Shown in pieces: positions 14,889 to 34,565 of a DNA stretch of 64,000 nt (positions within the stretch are counted from its first letter, which is position 1; every line of letters starts with the position of its first letter). A program made the translations under genes and the position numbers. Source of the DNA: the human T2T-CHM13v2.0 reference genome, Homo sapiens. The DNA lies in the NCBI RefSeq assembly GCF_009914755.1, contig NC_060932.1. One strand, written 5' to 3'. Under the pieces are notes generated by a model. The model saw only the letters and a list, made by a program, of their open reading frames with translations. It was not told the DNA's origin and made no database searches.

Positions 14889-16619
14889 TCATTTTATCGT
14901 AGGGAATAGAAATAATCCATGTTTACCCTTGCATGATAGTTATTGCCAAAATCTTGAAACTTACAAATCATATCTTCATAAAGGAAAATTCCTAGTAACC
15001 CTCAATCAAAACATGGAATTTTTTCCTGTTTCTTATCAAAGCACTTTATAGGATTATAATTTTCCCTATAGAATATCAATGTTGGAAAATGACTAAGATA
15101 AAGCTGAAGTTAGATAGCACAACCAACACACAGAAACAATGTCTTAACAGGCAAGCCTCCTTTCTCCAGAATGGAACCAGCTTGCAATCCATCGATATCA
15201 ACCACTTCAGCAGAGCGAACTGCATGGAAGCTTCAAACGTTGAAATTGGCAGGTTTTAAACCTTTATATCTTCTTGTATCCTTTTTAAGAGTCCTGTGAA
15301 ACTGAAAGGCTTTCTTCACGTGCAGAGACAAGAGAAACATGCTTTCCCTTAAAAGTTATCAATGAATATAAAAGTAAGTGAGAGGTCTCCTCCAAAGCCA
15401 AGAGAAAGCCTTGAAAGTAGAGGAATGTTTTGTTAAGATTAGCTCTTTCCCTCCTGGCGAGAGAAGCAAGGGCAAATTCCTCTATCTCTCTTCTTTGCCA
15501 TATCCTTTAATTCAGGCATAAAATCACATTAAAGTCAGTCTCACTCTATAGTGTTGAGTACTCAGCCCAGAGCTGAGGGAAAAGGAGAATGAACCAGGAC
15601 CCTGACTCCAAGGAACGTAGATAGTGGGACACAAGAGCATGTGACAGGAACTCATCCCTCCCTGATTCTGAGAGGTGATGCACCCCATGAGCTCCAGGAT
15701 ACTCTCACTGAGGGGAAGGAGGGATATTTATTCCAACCTCCTCCTGTTTCCATGAGGAAGGATTCCACCTAGACTAACATTTGCTTTCTCCACTTCCTAC
15801 TCACTCTTTCCACTGAGGGAAGGAAAAACAAAAAATCTGCCTGGAGAGTTACAAAAATGAATCCAGATCTGCGCATACTCCCTCCAACCTGCTTCTCCTG
15901 GGACTTGCTAGGTGGCTGAGAGAGTGTTTTCTGTACTGCTCCCATCTGTGTTGTTAGAAATCTGCTTCTGTAGGGGAAACTTGTGATTGTCCATCTTGCC
16001 AGTACTGAGGATGGGGGTAAGTTTAATTGTAGAATAAAGGATTAACAACCTGTTCCCCTGCAGACTTAAAGGCATTTTCTAGAATCAGCTATAGCAGTTT
16101 ACCAAAACAAGTGATACTTTGAGCTGCATCTTTCCGACTCCTGCACTTAACTCCAAATGTGTTCTATGCTTGATCGGGAGAGAGGCAGTTTACTTAGTGA
16201 CACTCCTGAAACCCTAACACCTTCCAGCTGTGTAAATAAATTAATGCTCATCAATGAATGGCTGGATTTCAAAGACATTTTCTTCTGTTACTATTAAAGT
16301 TCTTTTTTATTAAGCAATTGAAAACAAGAAAACAATGACTGAGAGAAATGGAGGGAAATATGACATCAATGAAAGGTGAAAAAGTTGTGAATGTGACTGT
16401 ATCTACAGCTTCAGAAGCCACCTCAGTGTTTAGGGACCCATGAGTGTAAAGCCCTTTCCATCCATCCATCAGAAGGGCATAATTGGCATGGTAAGCTAAA
16501 AGGAAATTCTAGTGACAATCCAGTGACAGCTCGGAGAAGTTTGTACTACTTCATAGACATGAGGATGGAGTATCATTTTTTGGTGGGAAGGGGTTCATGG
16601 GATGTGAGAAGAAATATTA

Positions 16620-16815
16620 AACATCCCACCTGCATTATTTCATTTAATCCTCACAACCAGGTAAAAGAGGCACTATAATTTTCTCCTTTTACAAATGAAG
16701 AAACAAGGATTAGATGCATAAAGCTGCTTGCCCAAGACCCCAAAGACTGGGAATAAATGATCCAGGGTTCAGTTTCAAATCTGTTAGCCTCAAAGCCCTT
16801 ACTGTAACCACTCTG
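16620..16815 (-). mobile_element. MIR
   Basis: TTTCATTTAATCCTCACAAC...TTTTACAAATGAAGAAAC...CTTGCCCAAG. Confidence 0.75.
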
Positions 16816-17339
16816 TAGATGCACCTTACTCATCTTGCTACTGCCCATGTCAACTGCCTTGAAACCAATCAGTAAATGCTTGTTGAATAGAATTAACAGT
16901 GGGATTAAAAATAAAAATGTGTATATGAGGAAGCATTAAAAACCACACTGTCTTCACATTGTTTTCATGTTAATGGACTTCGCAATTGACAAGTCACTTA
17001 AAACTAGAATAAGCTAAATGGCAGAGAATAAGAATATTCATGAGATTTAAAAAGTGAAAAGACTGACTCATCCCCCACCTGAAAAAAATAATCAAGAATC
17101 CTGATCATGAGGTATTTTAGCAAAGTGGAGACTACAGGCATGATGAGAGCCCACAGACATTTGTCAAGTATAAACACAAATGGTGAAAGGATGAATTTAA
17201 TTATGTGAATCAATTTGAGAAAAAGCAAAGTTAGATGTAATTTAATGGAAAGCATTTTCACCATGAGAACTCTTGTAATCTCAATTGAAACAGAAGATCT
17301 GCTACTTTGGACGTTTAAAAATAGATTGAATTTACCCAA

Positions 17340-17815
17340 GAGCAAAGAGAGAATATGTCCATACGAAGACTGGTACATGAATATTTATAGCAGCTTTATT
17401 TGTAATAGCCCAAAGCTGGAAACAATCTAGATGTCCATCAACAGCTAAATGAGTAAACAAATTGTGGTGCATATATACAATGGAATACTATTTATAAACA
17501 AAAAGGTGTAAGCTATTAATATTTTTAATAACATGGATGAATCTCAATTATGCTGAGTGAAAGAAGACCAAAAAAACTACATATGCTCTGATTCCATTTA
17601 TATTAAAGCCTACAAAGTGATCAGTGGTGTAGGTAGAGGGGTGAGGATATAGGAGAGAATAGGCACCAATGAACATAAGAAAACTTTTGAGGCTGATGTA
17701 TATGTTCATGAGGTGATTGTGGTGACTATTACATGGGAATAGACATACCTCAAAACAGCAAGTTATATACTGTAAATTTATTTTATATCAATTGTATCAG
17801 TAAAGTTGTTTTAAA
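17340..17815 (+). mobile_element. L1M (MC/MD/ME-like) 3' end
   Basis: TTTATAGCAGCTTTATTTGTAATAGCCCAAAGCTGGAAACAA...ATGGATGAATCTC...TGCTGAGTGAAAGAAG. Confidence 0.8.
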
Positions 17816-18159
17816 AACAACAATAAGCAAACATTTAAAAAAATAGGTTGTGGAACATACTAGAAGGTATTGTACTGATAACCAAAAAGTCAGAATGGCT
17901 ACATCTTATCCATTCTTCCTCCACAACATAGCCACTTGCTTTTCTCTTGGTTGACTACTTTTCCTACATTCTTGATCCATGTAGTATATTGCTATTTGGA
18001 ACAAAGAATAGAAACAAAAATTACTCATAATTCCACCACATAGAATTTATTTCCAGTTTTTAAATATCAGATCATACTCTCTGCTTTTGAATTTAGTTTT
18101 AGTATTAGCCTTATACAATTTGTATTCTGTTTTATTGAAGTTTCTAGTCTTTCAACTTT

Positions 18160-18530
18160 TCTAATACACAGAAAATTGTAAAAAGTGAGACACTTAGGTA
18201 ATCATCCCTTGACTTTAGGATTTTGCTTCATATTTCTTTAAAAAAACAAACATTATAAAGTTCCACATTCCATTCCTTCCCTTTCTCTCCAGAAGTAAGC
18301 AAAGCCCTAAAACTGTTATATATCATTATCATATATGGTTTTATACTTTATTATATATGTATATGCATATAACAAATATGTACCATTGCTTTGTGTTTTT
18401 AAAAGTTCCATAAATGATACCATGAGGAACATGATACAGCTTGCTTTTTCTCTTCACTATGTCTTTGAGCTTTATCCATGTTGACACATATCAATCCAAT
18501 TCATTTCTTTTGTCCGTGTCCTACTGCATT
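18160..18530 (-). mobile_element. L1ME 3' fragment
   Basis: Degenerate L1ME 3' UTR (TTGCTTTTTCTCTTCACTATGTCTTTGAGCTTTATCCATGTTG). Confidence 0.55.
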
Positions 18531-18629
18531 AATAAATTCAATTTAGCATTGCTGTTTCACTTAAAATTATGTCACAGTTGTTCTCCAAGCCCTGTGGTTT
18601 TCTGGGTTTGGAATTTTCTTCCCCCATCT

Positions 18630-18965
18630 CTTCCTGCCTGGCTCTGTCTCCTCTCTCAAGGCACAATTCAGGGAAACTTCCCAGACAAACCTACCTGAAG
18701 TATTTCTCATCTTCGCCACCACCCAACAAATAATTACTCTTTTTGACATCATCCTGCTAATTTCTTTTATAGCATTTACTGTTTATTTTGTCTGTTTATT
18801 GCATGGTTCTTCTGGTAGACTGTAAATTCTCCAAGGTCAGAGACTTTGCCTTTCTGGTTCACCTTTGTATTTTAAAGAGGCGTGTCACATTAGTAAAGCG
18901 CATGTCACATTATGGGTACTCTACTAATACATAGAGAAAGAATGAATAAATGGATCAACAGATGG
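18630..18965 (+). mobile_element. L2 3' end
   Basis: TAGACTGTAAATTCTCCAAGGTCAGAGACTTTG... followed by a (GAAT)n-like tail. Confidence 0.7.
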
Positions 18966-19769
18966 ATGATGGGTGAAAGGTCACTTCTCGTATTAATTCT
19001 GTGAGGCTGTGTTCTATTGTCAACAAAGCAAAAGAGTTAAAAAAAAAAAAAAAAGAGGAGATCTTAAATTTTATATCTTATTCCTTAGCCACACATGGGC
19101 CAATCTACTCTGGATGGCCAATAACTAAGTCTTCTATAAAAATAATAAACTTTCTAAATGTTCTAGTTTTCGAGTTTGAAAGCTACAGTTCAGTCCCCTA
19201 AATTTCTTTTTATGAATTATCAACTAAAACAGAAAATAAAATTCTGGCCATTCAGGCACATAAACAGAACATAGTCTTTATTTTATTATCCTGGGAAGTA
19301 TTCAATGAGACCATAAATATTTCATTGTGGGGTTCATGAATTATTTGTAATTTATGCAGGACACAGGTAATTTGTTTTTAACATCTAAATGAATAGTTTC
19401 TAAAGTTTGGGAAATCTGAGAAGATCTTTATACCTACAGGTGTGAATACTACTCTTTTAATTTTATAGAAATGACTTTTCAATATCATAATGAAAAATTG
19501 AAATTTCTAGACAGTAATTTAACTTTCTGTAATATCTAGTGATAAGAAACACACATATACACAAACATATATGCCTCTAAAATAGTATAAACATTGATAT
19601 AGTAGTTTTATAAAATTGGCCTAGAATAATTTAAAAATATATGTAATTTTCTTGAATTAAAGTAGGTAATTTTATTGTGTAGATAGCACATATATTTAAA
19701 ACTATCCTTTGTATTTGGGTATCCTTTAAAGTAGTGCATCTTTATTTTGCAGATGTTTTAATAAAATGC

Positions 19770-20000
19770 ATAATACTAATAGCTACCATTTATTGTGCAC
19801 ATACCATTTGGAAGGCACAGTATTAAGAATTACTATGTGTATCTCGTTGAGGCATCACAAGAATCTTATAAGGTAAATATTATTTTTTCCATTTTACATG
19901 CAAGAAAAGACACTCAGGAGAGGTTATTTAACTCATCCAAGTGAGTGGTAGAACTAAGACATAACTCTAAGCCTATATGCTTAACCACTACATGCTATTG
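19770..20000 (-). mobile_element. MIR
   Basis: AATAGCTACCATTTATTG...CCATTTTACATGCAAGAAAA...CTCAGGAGAGGTT. Confidence 0.7.
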
Positions 20001-21513
20001 CGAGTGAGGTACAGTATAAATGAGAAAATAAAAACACTCTTCTTCCTATAACCTCAAAATCATAATTGTTAAAATTTTAATCTTTCTCTTCAGTTTTTAG
20101 AACTTGGGATTGTATTATGTACATTCTCTATTCACCTTTCACTTAAGTTTATATCATAAATATTGCCCATCTCACTAAATATTTTACTTTAAAAATGACT
20201 TTTGACAGTTGAATATTCCTTGGCATTTATATCTAATGATTTAACCATTCCCCTTCCCAAAACTGTTTACACTCTGCAATTCCTAACCACTCACACACCT
20301 ACTAATTAAGTGTGCTTGCTTTAAATAATTCTGTCTTCTAAGTCATGCATTTTAATTAAGAAAATAAAATATTGGAAAGCCCCAAGATTAGTTACCCAGA
20401 AAGTATTAATTAGCTAACAGAAAGGAAAATTATTTTATCACTGCTTTTAAAAGCTCACTGCTCTTCTCCAATATTAAAATGTTTTGAATAGATCTCAACA
20501 TAGTAGGATGAATATGTTGGTTAATGATCTTAAAGATTCTCCCCAAAAATAGACCTTGGTACATATTTCATAAGGGTGAGGCTAATACTATAGAAATGTA
20601 TTTTGCTGATGACTTGATGGGCCTGCAAAGCATTAATAGCATAGAATCAAGAGCAACCAAGCCACAAAATACATGACCTAAAACTACAGGTTGGTCATAT
20701 GCATCACAGAAGATCATCAGCCTGGTGGATCAGGCTGTCTCCCTGTCCCAAGATTGCCTGTACTGTAAATTTGATACATGCTAATGATGCATCAAGCCCA
20801 GATTTACAAAGCCATTCAGCAAAAAGATAAGGTATCAGTATCATGCTCATTTTAAGAAAAGGCACTTATAAAATTATCCTGAAACATTTTACTGATGTGT
20901 TAAATGACACTACATAAGTGAGATGTTTTAGATTGACATAACTCAAGTCCCCAGATTAAATAAAAAATATCCAGCTATCTGTTCTTCAATTCAAAGATTT
21001 TGAAATGGTACCAGCATAAGAGGTACAAATTAAAATTCTTAGGGATAAATTCATTAGCAACAATTACTAATCAGCATATCCTATAATCAAATCTGTAAAA
21101 ATGGTTTTCAATTTAAATAGATACTTACACATTTGCTCTAACATCAAAGAACTCATCTGCATGCATAACATAGAAGATTTTTTTATTTCTCTGCTAGACG
21201 CTTCTGTGTTGTGATTATGTGATGTGAGGAAAATGAAAGAAATTAGTCTGGGAATTTTTATATCCTATCTTTTGAAGCTATTCATACTCAAAAACAAGTG
21301 TTTATGATTATTATCTAAAGACTATTTGGATTTAATTATTGTCTGATCTTACAAAATAAAGTCTTTACAGCCTGCTAAATGTGTGGAGCTTTTAGTTTAT
21401 TGTCTTAATTTTTCATTAAAATGGAATTTTATTATTATTTTACATATAAATGATTTTTATAGCCATTCTTGTGCTGGTACAAAAGAACTTTAAAAAGTAA
21501 ATACCACTATTTA

Positions 21514-21867
<354 letters not shown>

Positions 21868-22877
21868 TTATACTTATTTTTGAAAGTGGTAATAAGTATA
21901 TAAATATCTTTTGTTTCTAGGATATAATTTATATTGTAAGAAAAGCCAGAAACATGTGATTAACCTATTCAGTAAAATAACAATGTGCTGCATTTACTCT
22001 ATGTATACGGTCAAATGAACTACAACTGCTTCTGCAAGAAGCAGAAATTCAGTCAAAAAGCTAACTTCCTGCCACTGATGATTCACTATTGAGCAACCTT
22101 TTGACTGGTGTTATTTTTATATCACTAACAGAGGAAGTACTCTCATCTTGACTATACAAATTGGAGCTAGCTTTTTAAAATGTAACTTGCAGGCACTCAA
22201 CTCAAGCCTTCAGTCATTAGAATGAAGAATCAATATATTACCAAGATTTTATAATTACTGGAACAAATTTTTTTGTTTTATTCAACATGGTATCCAACTC
22301 TCATTTATCCCTTATTTGCCTTAGATTCAAAGTATTCTTGATTAATCTAGAACATGCTTACTGTCCCTGCTTAATCTTCAGACATGAAAACTCATTTGGC
22401 TTTATAATGCCTTTGATTTTAAGAGTGGATTTCTGCTTAGTGCAGAGTAAAATTTGCTAGACGACTTGGAGTGATCCAGTGACAGTTTTCATTTGGTTAT
22501 AACAATCTAATTTTGTTACTTAACTATATTGTGTAAACCTGAAATAAACAGGGAGGGGAAAATTTGTACTTTGTTAAGATGCTACCTTAGTATGCATCCC
22601 AAGTCCTTAGGAAAGCTTTTCCTTTTGGAGGGATCAACAGCAATTTAAAAGATATTCACCATTATGATAGGAGACTGCTGGTTTCTGTGTGGAGGTCATT
22701 TCAATGGCAAAATCTGAATTAGAGAAAGGAAACTTTGATCAAAGATAAGCGTCTCTGTAATTGTTTACAGAAAACTCCCTCAAAGCAATTAAGGAAAAAG
22801 GGCTGGCAGTACAGGCTTTGGAAATGGACATGACTAATAATTTCTATGCCAGAATCTTTATTTCTCCCTCCTTTTTA

Positions 22878-22878
22878 T

Positions 22879-22907
<29 letters not shown>
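22878..22907. repeat. (GA)n microsatellite
   Basis: Directly visible. Confidence 0.9.
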
Positions 22908-22909
<2 letters not shown>

Positions 22910-24636
22910 AGAACTCAGTAAGGGTTGAATTTTGGATTGCTGAATTTAGAGTTTGGGGTCATGTTTTCCCATCACGTTTGTCTTTTTTGCTTCTCCTGAG
23001 TTTAAACAGGTGTGCCCTAGGAATCTAGGTACCTCCTTATCTGATAATGCCTGAAATCATGTAAGAAATGAGACTTGAGTTCAGTTGTATGCATAACAAG
23101 CCAAGGCAATGTTAATACTGGGTTTCAGTAAATGCATAGGTTGGAAATGCACACTTGTTACACAGTTGGGTGCTTTCTTTACCACTGACCTAAATCCAGA
23201 TGCTCCTTGAATAAGGAAATACAATTCCTTTCCCAACTCAATTTATCCTTGTCAATTAAATAAAACAAATGAAGTGTCAAAGGTCTCAAGAAAGAAGCAT
23301 TAAGTAAGGCAAAAATTGTTGTTTTGATTAAGAGCATGGGTCATTTAAACTGCACAACTGAAACATGCTAGAAAGCTATAAAATCATAATACTTTTCTGG
23401 ACAAGAGGAGGTATTTTTGCATCCCAGCAATGGATTAACCTAACAAATTTCTAGTTTGTTTCAAGTAACAGCTCTTCTTTTTATAGCATCTGTCCAGTAC
23501 TATGAACACCGAATGGCCAGAAAGTATATGTTTAATTTCTGTTTTCACTTGTTATCATTTGAAATGAGATTTACTCTATGCTAGAGACATATCTGTTCTT
23601 GAAGTATGCCCTTGGGAAATTTAGTTGCATGCCAGGGATTGGCTTTCAGGACTAGCAGAATCAGAGTGTCAGCTACTCCATAAAGGCACTGTGACAAATG
23701 ACACTCTAGTATCTGAAGGTCAGAAGTAGAGTCACTGAGGTCTAAACAAGTGCCCTTCATGCCTCTCCTCTAAGGATGACAGAGGTGGCTGGAGAAGTAA
23801 AGGAGGCTCTCCTTCATGCTGTGTTGCCCCAAACTCTAGAAATTTAAAAATAATAAGCTTGACTGATGATACTTATATCAAGGAATTACATTCCATGAGT
23901 GTTTGTCTGTTTTATTCAAAGCTGTATCCTCTGAGCCTAGGATAGTACCTACCTCAAAGTAGATGTCTAATAAATATTTGTTGAAAGAATCTTTCCAAAA
24001 GCTGATGTCCCAGTATAAAAGCTGACCCTTCCTTATCTGCATAAGCAGATAAGATCCACTACCTAATGAGAGTATTCTGTTATCCATTTTATATCTATCA
24101 TCTAAATTAATCTTATTAAAAGCCCTTAGAAAAAAATTTTTATTATCCTAATTTAAGAAGAAAATAACAACAACAATTTTTTTTTAGGGAGAATGCTAGG
24201 AAACTTGCCCAAGATTCCTGCACTAAGGGGCAGTCAAAATGGTAAGCGATAAAGAGGCTAGAGGAAAAGATTCATGTCCTGCTCACAGCTTTGCTGTTTT
24301 CTTCATAGTGCATTTCTCCTCTATAAATTGAGGGCAATAATTCAGGATCTAGAATGGAACATATCTAAAGTCAACTGAACCAATCAAGATCTGCACAAAT
24401 GCAGAGCTCTCCCTTCATCAATATTATCAGCAAAAATATGCTAGATGCATAAAATATTCATGTTTAAAAAAACGCAAGGTTGATTCTAATTTCTTCTTTT
24501 ATGGGAAGGAGAATTTTAAAAATTTTATTGTTTAATAACTAATCCATTCACTTGATTCACACTTCACAAAGTATGCAATAATACACCACTGTCCCCCAGC
24601 CATCCAGTTATTTTCCCCACAGAAAATATATCCTTC

Positions 24637-25442
24637 TGAAACAGGAGAGATCCCTGATTCCCCACACAGGACGTGCAATAGGGGTGTGATTCGCCTGCTT
24701 GGTCACCCACAGCTCAAACCCCTAGGGGGAGCATGCAGATGGGCAGGTGAAGAGCGCTTTTGGGCTCCAGCCCAGCATCTAGGGGAGGGTGACTGCAACT
24801 CCCCAAGCTCAAGTAGGCGTGTGTTACAAAGCTCTTTTAGATTTGCCATCTGCAAATGGCTTGTGTGTTAATCAGCTCGAGACCCTCTGCCTTACCACAA
24901 GGGCAGAGTGCCAATGTGACAGCCTTCTGTATCCCGAGCTCTTGCCCAGTGTCCTGAAAGAATTGGATCACACATGGGCTTGAAGGATGAGTGCAAGGTT
25001 TTATTGAGTGGTGGAGGTGACCCTCAGCAAGATGGATGGGGAGCTGGAAGGCGAGATGGAGTGGGAAGTAGTCTTCCCCTGGAGTTGAGCCACCCAGTGG
25101 CCAGACTATTCTCCAATCGCCCCCCAGTCCAACTCCCCTTGGCGTGCAGATGTCCCTCCTCTTCTGTCTTTCTCTGCTGCATTGTTCTGCCATCAGTGGT
25201 CTGCTGGTATGCTTGTTTCCATGTTCAGCCACTTGTGTCTGTGCCTGCTAAGGTCTTGGGTTTATATAGGCACAGAATAGGAAGCATGGTGGGCCAGAGT
25301 GGTCTTGGAAAATGCAACATTCAGGCTTGAAAACAGGAGTGCCTGTTCTCACATAGTTCCGTGGGCAGAGGCCCAAGGGTGGAACCCTCACCAGGGACCC
25401 CCACTTCTCTACCCAGCACTCCCCTGCCACCCTACCATATCA
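24637..25442 (-). mobile_element. LTR1-family (ERV1) solo LTR inserted in L1M
   Basis: TG...CA ends and a perfect 4-bp TSD CTTC (24633-24636, 25443-25446). Minus strand begins TGATATGG...GGGGAGTGCTGGGTAGAG and has TATATAAA and AATAAA. Confidence 0.85.
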
Positions 25443-27738
<2,296 letters not shown>

Positions 27739-27984
27739 TGCTTCAAGTTCTTCAGGAGAATCTTCAAAAAGTTCTCATGTAAACAACATTCTCTAAGAAT
27801 TTGATGTTTAACGTGTCAGAATGGACAGCATTTACTCTGAGTAGGTATTAAATCCTTGGCTATAGTTTTTTTCATTGACTCTTTTTGAAGAGGTTTCTTC
27901 GAGTACTGACTTTTGCTGTAAAGTCTGAGGACAGCCTGATATTTTCCTCCTTGAGAGGGGATTATGTTTTTGTGCCGTTTTGTC

Positions 27985-28147
27985 TATTTGTTTTTTGTTT
28001 TTTTGAGATGGAGTCTCGCTCTGTCGCCCAGAATGGAGTGCAGTGGTGTGCGGCTCACTGCAACCTCTGTCACCCGGGTTCAAGCTATTCTCCTGCCTCA
28101 GCCTCCCGAGTAGTTGGGATTACAGGCGTGAGCCACCACACCTGGCC
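27985..28147 (-). mobile_element. monomer-length chimeric Alu (left-arm 5' end fused to right arm)
   Basis: Right-arm sequence joins GGGATTACAGGCGTGAGCCACC...TGGCC with no linker or B-box region. Confidence 0.85.
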
Positions 28148-28294
28148 TATGTTTTGTTTTTTTCTTCAAAGATTTCTTCATTTCTCTTTGACGTTTATTA
28201 TGCTTACTTGGTTATGACTCTAAAGTATCTTTTTGGGCCCATTTTTTCCTGGAATATGATGTGTTCTTATGTAGATTCAAAGTTGTTTCATTTC

Positions 28295-28775
28295 AATTTC
28301 TTTTTTAATTTACTGACACATAATATTTACATGTTTACAGGGTACATGTGAGTTTTTGTTACATGCATAGAATGTATGATGATCACGTCAGGGTATTTGG
28401 GGTATCCATGACCTTGAGTGTTATTTTAATGTCTTGGTGTCATTTCAATTCCTCTCTTCCAGTTACTTTGAAATATACAAAATAGTGTTGCTAAGTAGAG
28501 TCACCCTAGTGTACTATCAAACATTAGAACTTATTTCTTCTATCTAACTGTATGTTTGTGGCTGTTTACCAATCCCCCTCCATCTCCCCCACTCCCAACC
28601 ACCATTCCCAGTCTCTGGTATCTATTGTTCTACTCTCTATGTCCATGCAATCAAGCTTTTTAGCTCTCACATATGAGTGAGAATATTTGGTATTTGTCTT
28701 TCTGTGCCTGACTGATTTAACTTAGTATAATGGTCTCCCATTCCATCCATGTTGCTGCAAATGGCATGATTTCAT
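28295..28775 (-). mobile_element. L1MA 3' end
   Basis: GGTACATGTGAGTTTTTGTTACATGCATAGAATG...CCATCCATGTTGCTGCAAATGGCATGATTTCATT. Confidence 0.85.
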
Positions 28776-29134
28776 TAGAGATACTTATTCAGTTGTATTA
28801 TTTTTGTTTTCTTCACTGGGGATTGCAAAGTATGTCTTTGTCCTCTATATCTATCCTCTTCTTTCTGATGTGTCCTTATTTTTTTGCTTTATCATCTTTT
28901 TTTGTGACCATCTTACACTTTGCTGTATTCTTGACAACATATAGTCTCCCTTGCCTAATCTGCCTTGTTTTTTTCTATTGTCACTATCATTTCTCCAATG
29001 TTTTAATTTTTTCCTCAGGGTTGTAAGCTTTGCCAGCCCACATTTTATTTATTCCTGTTGTCTCACTAACTCTTCTGAGCTCTTGCATTTCGGCCCAGTG
29101 CTTTTGTTTCATGAAAGCAATTTCTTCATTATAA

Positions 29135-29680
29135 TGAAACAAGAAAGGTTCCCTTGTCCCCCTCGCAGTGTGTGTGATGAGGGTGTGGCTCTCTTCTTCA
29201 GTGCCCCACTGCTCAAACCTCTAGGGGAGCATACAGATGGGCAGGCTGTGGGGCTCCGGTCCCACAGCAGTGTCCAGGGGTGAATGTTTGCAGCTCCTGA
29301 AGCCCCAGTGGGCGTGTGTTATAGTGTGCTCTCTTAGTTTGCCGTCTATAGGCTGCTGGTGTTAACCAGCTCAATTAGATCCCCTTCGTTATCACAAGGA
29401 CAGAGGAATTTCTGTATCTTGTGGTTTCTTGCCTTGGTGTATCAGAAGAATCATATCACACGTGGGCTTGGAGAATGAGGGCAAGGCTTTATTGTGTAGA
29501 AGTTGCTCTCAGCAGATGGGGGAGTCAGAAGGGAGATGGTTTTCCTGACCATCTCTGGACCAACTCTTCTCCAACTGCTCTGGCCAAACTCTGTGTCATT
29601 CCATTGGTCGATGGCCTGCCGTCTGCTGGCTGCCAGCCTACAGGTGCCTGTCAGCATGCTCTTCCACCCATGTGCTTCTG
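29135..29680 (-). mobile_element. truncated LTR1-family LTR (only the 3' part survives)
   Basis: Starts TGAAACAAGAAAGG like 24637 and shares GCTCAAACC(C/T)CTAGGGG and ATCACAC(A/G)TGGGCTTG; ends abruptly. Confidence 0.8.
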
Positions 29681-30716
29681 GTGAGAGATTTCAATCTGCT
29701 ATTTATTTGTCCTTCTTCTTTCTTTTCTCCTCTCTCTCTCCCACTTCTCTTCCCTCTTTGTAGCTCCTTTTTAATCTTTTTAAATTTTACTTCTGATTTT
29801 TTGGTAAGGGTAACAAAATTGTGTTGATTAACACACTGTAATCATTAACTCATAAGCGGACATCCTTTTTTCGTTGTCGTCATTTTTCACATTCATAATA
29901 GAATAACCACTCACAAAACCACCAGTCAATGTGAGGACTAGAATATTGAATACATCAACTGTAACATCTCCCTCATTCTGCCTACCTTCTTCACTGAAAC
30001 TAATTACAATTTCGAAATTTGACTTTTTTATGCTAGTGACTTGCATAAATATATATATATGTTTTGTAATTATAAATATATTCATACACACACCTATTCC
30101 TAAAACATATGTTGTTTGGCCTTACTTCTTTGTAGCCTTATAAAAGCCCATTAAACATATGACATAGGAAGAGATTTTCAGATTTATTATTGGTCAGAAA
30201 AATAAAGGTCAAGACTTAATAACATTGTTTTATACTTGCTCTATTGGCAAAAATTAAGTGTGATAGTGTTATGTCTTTGAGATCTCTTGTACAGAGACAT
30301 TCCTGATGCTTTTTTTCCTCTGTTGTAGCAAATTTTTATAAATTTCCAGGCTATTCGTTTTTCTCATACACTTTTAAAGGAGATGAGTTTCAATTCCAGA
30401 GGCCAATTATTTAAATAAAAAATTTATGTAGAGTGCAAGCTGTGTTCTTTTTTTTTAACCATGTTAAGACTCTTATCATTTATTTGTTTTTTACTTTTTT
30501 ATTTTATTATTATTATACTTTAAGTTTTAGGGTACATGTGCACAATGTGCAGGTGAGTTACATATGTATACATGTGCCATATTGGTGTGTTGCACCCATC
30601 AACTAGTCATTTAGCATTAGGTATATCTCCAAATGCTATCCCTCCCCTCTCCCCCCACCCCACAACAGTCCCCGGAGTGTGATGTTCCCCTTCCTGTGTC
30701 CATGTGTTCTCATTGT

Positions 30717-34502
<3,786 letters not shown>

Positions 34503-34565
34503 TATGATATTAGCTGGTTATTTTGCTCGTTAGTTGATGCAGTTTCTTCCTAGCCTTGATGGTCT

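Noticed and set aside
18873-18912. Imperfect tandem duplication of about 20 bp in the L2 end
   Set aside because: Ordinary slippage-scale event in an old repeat.
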